NCBI GenBank assembly: GCA_963747905.1
Contig: CAVVHF010000025.1
Location: 1-49,573 of the forward strand
Length of the DNA stretch: 49,573 nucleotides
Direction: 5' to 3'
Origin: an uncultured bacterium
GTDB lineage: Bacteria > Patescibacteriota > Minisyncoccia > UBA6257 > 2-01-FULL-56-20
Shown: piece by piece, positions 42,963-49,573 of the stretch
How the letters are laid out: the number at the start of each line of letters is the position of its first letter
Position numbering within the stretch: position 1 is the first letter of the stretch
Position numbers and translations under genes: made by a program
Notes under the pieces: model-generated
The model's input: only the letters and a program-made list of their open reading frames with translations
The model's database searches: none
What the model was told of the DNA's origin: nothing

Positions 42963-42971
42963 AATAAAGCC

Positions 42972-43208
42972 ATGATCGAAGGTTGGACGACGTTGGTTAT
43001 CGGCATTATGATGATCATCTCGCCGTGGGCACTCGGGTTCTCTGATATATCTCTTGCAAAGTGGTGTAATATATTATTAGGACTCATTCTGGTAATTGTG
43101 GGTGCGTGGAAAATATTCGGAATGATTCCTGTGGATGTGTTATCCGTCACGGAAGAGCCGCAAAAAAGAAAACGTAGAACAAAAAATAACGTCGAGCCGC
43201 AAAAATAA
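42972..43208 (+). CDS. SPW-repeat small membrane protein (78 aa)
   Basis: Two TM helices carrying the MIISPWALGF (SPW) motif, with a basic C-terminal tail. Confidence 0.55.
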   Translation: MIEGWTTLVIGIMMIISPWALGFSDISLAKWCNILLGLILVIVGAWKIFGMIPVDVLSVTEEPQKRKRRTKNNVEPQK

Positions 43209-43232
43209 TTTTTTAAAATAATCAAAAAAACT

Positions 43233-43478
43233 ATGGCTAAAGTAACCATCTACAGCACGCCGACCTGCGTCTATTGCAAAATGGCAAAGGAATTTTTTAC
43301 AAAAAATAATGTTGCGTATGAGGAGCATGATGTCGCGTCGGACTTGAAGGCCCGTGAGGAGATGGTTAATAAGTCCCACCAACTCGGCGTGCCGGTCATT
43401 GATATAGATAACCAGATTGTCGTCGGATTCGACCAGAAAACATTAGAGGGTTTATTGGGGGTGAAGAAAGCAGCGTAA
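43233..43478 (+). CDS. Glutaredoxin-like protein (NrdH/YruB type, 81 aa)
   Basis: VTIYSTPTCVYCKMAKEFF (CVYC), then GVPVIDI...VVGF. Confidence 0.85.
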   Translation: MAKVTIYSTPTCVYCKMAKEFFTKNNVAYEEHDVASDLKAREEMVNKSHQLGVPVIDIDNQIVVGFDQKTLEGLLGVKKAA

Positions 43479-43495
43479 TTTTTAATCGAAATTTA

Positions 43496-44425
43496 ATGTA
43501 CGATCTCATTATTATTGGCGGTGGGCCGGGCGGCATTGCCGCCGGCGTTTATGCCGCGCGCAAAAAAATAAAGGCAGTCCTCATCACCGACAGCTTCGGC
43601 GGACAGTCTTTGGTTTCTAATGGTATAGAAAATTGGATCGGCATAAAATCCATTTCCGGATTCGACTTAGCAAAGTCTTTAGAGGAACATCTCCGTGCGC
43701 AAGCGGGTATTGATATCATGGACAGCGACCTCGTCGCTACCGTCGCCAAACATGATGATGGAACATTCTTGGTGACGACAAAGAATGGAAAGACGCTCAT
43801 GGCGAAATATATTCTGCTCACGTCCGGCAGCCGTCGCAAGCGACTTGGCGTGCCGGGCGAGGACCAGTTCGATGGCAAGGGCGTGGTGTTCTGCACCACG
43901 TGCGACGCGCCGCTCTTTGGCGGTAAGACGGTGGCGGTCGTTGGCGCCGGCAACTCCGCGCTTGAGGGAGTGGAAGATCTTTTGCAATATGCGTCAAAGA
44001 TCTATTTGGTCGTCCGCTCGGAGATCTTGCGCGGCGACCCGGTCACGCAAGAAAAAGTAAAGAGCCATCCGAACGTGGAGATCTTATGGAACACCGTCAT
44101 CGAAGAGATCCATGGGGGCGCCGAAACGCAACTGGTGAGCGGTGTTAAGTATAAGAACGTAAAGACCGGAGAAGAAAAGGAGCTTCCTCTTGATGGTGTG
44201 TTTGTAGAGATCGGGCTCGTGCCGAACTCCGATTTTGTGAAAGACCTCGTTAAGCTGAACGAGGTCGGTCATGTGGTGGTTGATCATAAGACCCAGCAAA
44301 CTTCCTGCCCGGGTATCTGGGCCGCAGGCGACGTAAGCGACGTGCTCTACGACCAGAACAACATTTCCGTCGGCGACGCAATCAAGGCGACGTTGAACAT
44401 CTACGATAAGATTAAAAAAGGATAA
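43496..44425 (+). CDS. trxB: Thioredoxin-disulfide reductase-like flavoprotein
   Basis: YDLIIIGGGPGG (FAD), VVFCTTCDAPLF (redox CxxC), VAVVGAGNSALEG (NADPH) and GIWAAGDV. Confidence 0.82.
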   Translation: MYDLIIIGGGPGGIAAGVYAARKKIKAVLITDSFGGQSLVSNGIENWIGIKSISGFDLAKSLEEHLRAQAGIDIMDSDLVATVAKHDDGTFLVTTKNGKTLMAKYILLTSGSRRKRLGVPGEDQFDGKGVVFCTTCDAPLFGGKTVAVVGAGNSALEGVEDLLQYASKIYLVVRSEILRGDPVTQEKVKSHPNVEILWNTVIEEIHGGAETQLVSGVKYKNVKTGEEKELPLDGVFVEIGLVPNSDFVKDLVKLNEVGHVVVDHKTQQTSCPGIWAAGDVSDVLYDQNNISVGDAIKATLNIYDKIKKG

Positions 44426-44429
44426 AAAT

Positions 44430-44454
44430 TGCCCGCTTGACGGGCATTTTTTTT
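44430..44454 (+). terminator. Intrinsic terminator after the trxB-like gene
   Basis: TGCCCG (44430..44435) pairs with CGGGCA (44441..44446), followed by a T8 run. Confidence 0.75.
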
Positions 44455-44464
44455 GCCCTATAAT
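44437..44464 (+). promoter_or_regulatory. Sigma-70-like promoter of groESL
   Basis: TTGACG (44437..44442, inside the terminator loop/stem), 16-nt spacer, TATAAT (44459..44464). CIRCE follows 5 nt downstream. Confidence 0.6.
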
Positions 44465-44469
44465 TCCTA

Positions 44470-44496
44470 TTGGCACTCGCTAGTCCCGAGTGCTAA
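44470..44496 (+). promoter_or_regulatory. CIRCE operator (HrcA-binding inverted repeat)
   Basis: TTGGCACTC-N9-GAGTGCTAA versus the consensus TTAGCACTC-N9-GAGTGCTAA (one mismatch), placed between the promoter and groES. Confidence 0.9.
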
Positions 44497-44521
44497 ATCA
44501 TTTAAAATAATAAAAGACGGC

Positions 44522-44857
44522 ATGAATTTCAAACCATTATCAAATCATTTGTTCCTTGAGCCGGTCGAAGAAGAGAAAACGACGGCGAGCGGCATTGTCC
44601 TGCCGGATACGGCGGAAAAAGAAAAGCCGGTGAAGGCAAGAGTGGTTGCAGTCGGGCCGGGCAAGAAGAATGACAAAGGCGAGCTCCAGCCGATGACGGT
44701 CAAAATTGGCGACGTGGTGCTTTTCAAAAAATACGGGCCGGACGAGCTCGAGCTTGAAGGAAAGAAATATCTGGTCGGCGACGAAGATGATATATTAGCA
44801 ATCATCGAAGAAGATGGAAGTTCGCCAGTAGCACTTGCCCCGCAACCGATAAAATAA
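44522..44857 (+). CDS. groES: Co-chaperonin GroES (with ~15-aa C-terminal extension)
   Basis: [34 protein letters not shown]...VVAVGPG...[9 protein letters not shown]. ORF trimmed to ATG 44522. Confidence 0.92.
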   Translation: [111 protein letters not shown]

Positions 44858-46525
<1,668 letters not shown>

Positions 46526-46561
46526 AAATAGCACCCAATAGTTGCTCCCGCTCGTATAGCT

Positions 46562-46570
46562 TGATATAAT
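46562..46570 (+). promoter_or_regulatory. Extended -10 box TGATATAAT 6 nt upstream of the lemA ATG (leaderless-type)
   Basis: TTGCTC (46542..46547), N17, TATAAT (46565..46570), CTAGAC, ATG(46577). Confidence 0.5.
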
Positions 46571-46576
46571 CTAGAC

Positions 46577-47131
46577 ATGACAATAACTTGGATAGTGACA
46601 ATCGTGGTTGTGTTGGTTCTTCTGTGGCTCGTTTTGGCCTATAACGGGCTCGTTCAGTCGCGCAATAGGGCACAGGAGGGATACTCGGATATTGATGTCC
46701 AGCTGAAGCGTCGCTACGACCTCATTCCAAATCTGGTGGAGTCGGTAAAGGGCTACGCCTCACACGAAAAGACGGTCTTTGAGGACGTCACAAAGGCGCG
46801 CTCGAACGCCATGCAGGCGACCGGTACGGATAAGGCTGGCGCGGAGAATCAGCTCTCGGGTGCCTTGAAATCACTTTTTGCGGTCGCGGAAAATTATCCT
46901 GACCTTAAGGCGAATCAAAACTTCCTTAGTTTGCAGAATGAACTGACCGACACGGAGGATAAGATCCAGGCTGCCCGCCGTTTTTACAACGGCATGGTCC
47001 GCGACTTCAATACCAAACTTCAGGTCTTCCCGACAAATATCTTCGCGAGCATGTTCGGTTTTACCAAAATGGACTTCTTTGGCAATGACCTGAGTGACGC
47101 AGAGAAGCAACCGGTCGCGGTCAAGTTCTAA
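46577..47131 (+). CDS. lemA: LemA-family membrane protein
   Basis: An N-terminal TM helix followed by YNGLVQSRNRAQEGYSDIDVQLKRRYDLIPNLVE...ARRFYNG, the canonical LemA pattern. Confidence 0.9.
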   Translation: MTITWIVTIVVVLVLLWLVLAYNGLVQSRNRAQEGYSDIDVQLKRRYDLIPNLVESVKGYASHEKTVFEDVTKARSNAMQATGTDKAGAENQLSGALKSLFAVAENYPDLKANQNFLSLQNELTDTEDKIQAARRFYNGMVRDFNTKLQVFPTNIFASMFGFTKMDFFGNDLSDAEKQPVAVKF

Positions 47132-47180
47132 AACGCTATGGGGCATATGTTTTTGGGTCATAGAAGATTAAATGCCCAAA

Positions 47181-47246
47181 AAAACAGAGAGTAGGCTTCT
47201 GTAGTCATGCGAAGACGAATGCCTACAGAAGCCTACTCTCTGTTTT
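47181..47246. terminator. Bidirectional intrinsic terminator with 24-bp perfect stem
   Basis: 47181..47204 AAAACAGAGAGTAGGCTTCTGTAG is the exact reverse complement of 47223..47246. The loop is 18 nt, with A-tract and T-tract flanks. Confidence 0.7.
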
Positions 47247-47266
47247 GTTAAATATTAATTAAAACT

Positions 47267-48175
47267 ATGGCTGCTAATTTATATACATTACAATCTTCGA
47301 ATGTTCGGCGCACGTGGTTATTGTTCGTCGTATTTTTTTTGGTCGTCATCGGGCTTGGGTATGCGATCTCGATGTATTACGGAGACCCGAGTTTTTTGAT
47401 CTTTGCCATCATTTTTAGCGTCGTCTATTCATTTATCAGTTATTATTCGTCCGCGTCAATCGCGCTCTCGCTTGCAAAGGCGAAGCCGGTGACGAAGGCG
47501 GATAATCCGATGCTGTACAACCTGGTGGAAAATCTTACGATCGCCGCCGGTCTTCCGATGCCGAAGCTGTATATCACGCCGGAAATGCAGATCAACGCGT
47601 TTGCGACGGGTCGCGACCCGCAACATGCGGCGGTGGCGGTGACGCAGGGCGCGCTCGAGCGTTTGAATAAGACGGAGTTGGAGGGTGTGCTTGCGCATGA
47701 GCTTTCGCACGTGGGCAATCGCGACATTTTGGTTTCTACCGTGGCTGCGGTGTTGGCGGGGATCGTCGCACTCATCGCGGATATCTTTTTGCGCTCGCTC
47801 TTTTTGGGCGGCATCGGCGGCGGACGTGGTCGGGGCAACGGCGAGGCACAGGAAATATTTTTCATCGCCGCAATCGTGCTTTCCATTCTGGCGCCGATCG
47901 GTACGATGCTGATTCAGCTCGCCATTTCCCGGCGCCGCGAATCGCTCGCGGATGCGTCGGGGGTTTTGCTCACGCGTTATCCGGAGGGGCTCATCTCCGC
48001 GCTGCAGAAGATCCAGCTTGACACAACGCCGATGGCGTCCGCCAAGGATTCCACCGCGCACATGTGGCTTGACACGCCATTCAAGGGAAAGGGTGCGTCG
48101 TGGTGGCACACGCTCTTTGCGACCCATCCGCCGATTGAAACTCGCATCAAGGCGCTACAGCAGATCTCGGGATAG
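47267..48175 (+). CDS. htpX: Zinc metalloprotease HtpX (peptidase M48)
   Basis: Four TM helices, LEGVLAHELSHVGNRD (HExxH), and a downstream ESLADASG. Confidence 0.9.
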   Translation: MAANLYTLQSSNVRRTWLLFVVFFLVVIGLGYAISMYYGDPSFLIFAIIFSVVYSFISYYSSASIALSLAKAKPVTKADNPMLYNLVENLTIAAGLPMPKLYITPEMQINAFATGRDPQHAAVAVTQGALERLNKTELEGVLAHELSHVGNRDILVSTVAAVLAGIVALIADIFLRSLFLGGIGGGRGRGNGEAQEIFFIAAIVLSILAPIGTMLIQLAISRRRESLADASGVLLTRYPEGLISALQKIQLDTTPMASAKDSTAHMWLDTPFKGKGASWWHTLFATHPPIETRIKALQQISG

Positions 48176-48199
48176 CTTCTATCGCCGCGCGCTATTAGC

Positions 48200-48895
48200 A
48201 TGCACTATAAATTTTCAAAAACCGTTGTCGTTGCGCTCGGCGGTTCTATCGTCTATCCCGATGGGATCAATGTGCAATTTTTGAAAGATTTTAAAAAATT
48301 TCTCGCGCCATTTTTGAAGCGCGGCGTTAAGTTCGTATTAGTGATCGGCGGCGGAAAGCTTTCGCGCAATTTTCAGGAGGCGGCGGAACGGGTAACCCGC
48401 GTGACTGACGAAGATAAGGACTGGATCGGCATTCACGCTACGCGTCTCAACGCGCACCTACTGCGCACGATTTTCTGCGCCGCCGCCGACCCGGTGATCA
48501 TCGACGCGCGCGGGAAGATAAAAAAGCCTCGCGCGCCGGTGACGATCGCGTCTGGCTGGCGTCCAGGATGGTCGACGGATTATGTCGCCATGCGCATCGC
48601 GGCGGACTTTGGCGTGGGCGAAGCGATCATCGCCGGCAAGCCCGCGCACGTGTATAACAAAGATCATGCAAAGTTTGCCGACGCGGTGCCGTTCAATGAG
48701 CTCACCTGGCGCGAATATCGTAAGCTGATCCCCGCCAAATGGAAGCCGGGCCTGCACGCGCCCGTCGACCCCGTCGGTGCCGCGCTTGGCGCGCGCGAAG
48801 GCCTGAAGGCCATCATCATCGACGGTCGCAATCTACCGAACTTCCGCGCGCTCTTGAATGGAAAGGAATTTAACGGTACTATCATCGGAGCATAA
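48200..48895 (+). CDS. pyrH: UMP kinase, archaeal-type (amino-acid-kinase fold)
   Basis: VVVALGGSIV, VLVIGGGKLSRNF, IGIHATRLNAHLL and the C-terminal GTIIG resemble archaeal PyrH (GGGKLAR) rather than the bacterial GGGNIFRG type. Confidence 0.7.
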   Translation: MHYKFSKTVVVALGGSIVYPDGINVQFLKDFKKFLAPFLKRGVKFVLVIGGGKLSRNFQEAAERVTRVTDEDKDWIGIHATRLNAHLLRTIFCAAADPVIIDARGKIKKPRAPVTIASGWRPGWSTDYVAMRIAADFGVGEAIIAGKPAHVYNKDHAKFADAVPFNELTWREYRKLIPAKWKPGLHAPVDPVGAALGAREGLKAIIIDGRNLPNFRALLNGKEFNGTIIGA

Positions 48896-49573
48896 AGGAA
48901 GAATAAGGAGAGGTGTGCGAGCGGTTGAAACAGCGATCCTGGAAAGATCGTATGTCCGAAAGGGCATCGAGGGTTCGAATCCCTCCCTCTCCGCAATAGG
49001 AGTAACTAAATCTTTTTCAGAAAAATTTAACCGCGCTTCGCGGAGCGAAGCGTATGGTGTGGTGGGGGTAGAAACGAGAATACGATTTTTTAGAGAAAGG
49101 TTGGAGTCGAAGATTTTTTGGAGGGAGAGTTTTTTGGAGGAGAGGTCGGCATTTTTTGCTGTTTCGTCCAGTAATGAAGCGTCGTGTATGAAATCCCGCA
49201 GGGGTTGGAGCCAAAGCGTGGCGTCGTGTTCCAGTCGGGCGATCTGTTCTTCGGCCGACTTCCTCTCGGACATGAGATCGCGCTTGCGGGCAAGGAAGGT
49301 ATCTCGGTCTATATCCTGCTCGGAATAGAGATCGACGAAGCGGCTCATCTTGGCGTCCAGTTGGGCAATCTTCACTCGCAGGTCTTGGATGGCTGTTCCG
49401 GCAACGGACTCCGCTTTCCGTTCGTCTTCGTCGGCCATGCGATACAGCTCATCCGCCCACCCTACGGGCAAGGCATACGTTGAAAGCAGGGCAGATAGTT
49501 GGGTACTCAACGTCTCCTCGCGGATATACGACTGCGAGCATGAGCCGCGCTTCTTGGTACAGCGATAATAGAC
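48833..49573 (-). CDS. Large serine recombinase, C-terminal part (5' end beyond the window); the 3' end of the ORF runs antisense through tRNA-Ser
   Basis: The frame is open from the window edge: VYYRCTKKRGSCSQSYIREE (recombinase zinc-ribbon), then the coiled coil VKIAQLDAKMSRFVDLY...EEQIARLE. The last ~55 codons (EREGFEPS...) are antisense to the tRNA, so the native stop is uncertain. Confidence 0.7.
   Translation of the reverse strand, partial: VYYRCTKKRGSCSQSYIREETLSTQLSALLSTYALPVGWADELYRMADEDERKAESVAGTAIQDLRVKIAQLDAKMSRFVDLYSEQDIDRDTFLARKRDLMSERKSAEEQIARLEHDATLWLQPLRDFIHDASLLDETAKNADLSSKKLSLQKIFDSNLSLKNRILVSTPTTPYASLREARLNFSEKDLVTPIAEREGFEPSMPFRTYDLSRIAVSTARTPLLILPLCSDDSTVKFLSIQERAEVR
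48907..48993 (+). tRNA. tRNA-Ser (anticodon GGA), class II; no encoded CCA
   Basis: GGAGAGG acceptor pairing with CCTCTCC, D loop GAGCGGTTGAA, anticodon arm CGATC-CTGGAAA-GATCG, long variable arm, and T arm GAGGG-TTCGAAT-CCCTC. The D stem has one mismatch. Confidence 0.87.
48994..49573 (-). mobile_element. Edge of a putative integrated element (serine-recombinase-bearing) abutting tRNA-Ser
   Basis: The recombinase gene ends at or within the tRNA-Ser(GGA) gene. tRNA genes are classic integration targets. The rest of the element lies outside the window. Confidence 0.4.

Noticed and set aside
48664-49328. ORFs 48664..48996 (minus strand) and 48858..49328 (plus strand)
   Set aside because: Both are translations across or antisense to the tRNA-Ser gene (RDSNPR / GFEPS-type artefact peptides) or antisense to the recombinase. 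Neither has independent support.

Overview
This 49.6-kb window looks like a compact, small-genome bacterium of the Patescibacteria/CPR type. That placement is an inference from gene content: dense housekeeping genes, an archaeal-type UMP kinase, RNase J plus RNase Y, and many membrane and glycosylation genes. The genetic code is standard and TGA is used as a stop. I call about 55 protein genes, 2 tRNAs (Leu-CAG, Ser-GGA), no rRNA and no CRISPR.

Layout:
- Left third: dksA-like, yraN-like, csp, an AI-2E transporter, a cofE-like/TylF-methyltransferase/PLP-enzyme operon, a DsbA-like gene, smpB, argS, ileS, trpS, a frameshifted HAD hydrolase, rnj, HIT, tRNA-Leu, an orphan family-5 SBP, secG, a holin-4_2-like gene, gpmI and rny.
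- Middle (23.8-40.4 kb): a large surface-glycan cluster. It holds an O-antigen-ligase-like protein, 8 glycosyltransferases, a Wzx flippase, a nucleotidyltransferase, an epimerase, an initiating polyprenyl-P sugar transferase and DedA.
- Right: an alpha/beta hydrolase, a PAP2-like gene, a thiol-redox module, CIRCE-groESL, lemA, htpX, a pyrH-like gene, and tRNA-Ser abutted by a truncated large serine recombinase (the edge of an integrated element).

Most notable observations:
1. A complete histidine-phosphatase domain is inserted in-frame into a zinc-ribbon loop of IleRS.
2. A (TGn)TAnnnT-N6/7-ATG arrangement recurs at 14 or more genes, implying pervasive leaderless mRNAs.
3. A ~235-nt structured noncoding unit, bounded by a promoter-like box and a terminator, lies between gpmI and rny.
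4. An AT-rich island carries a 22-bp perfect hairpin and 28-bp direct repeats next to a possibly frameshifted yraN.
5. Two paralogous GT2 genes flank an unknown 6-TM protein inside the glycan operon.

All family calls are motif recognition by eye. No database search was run.
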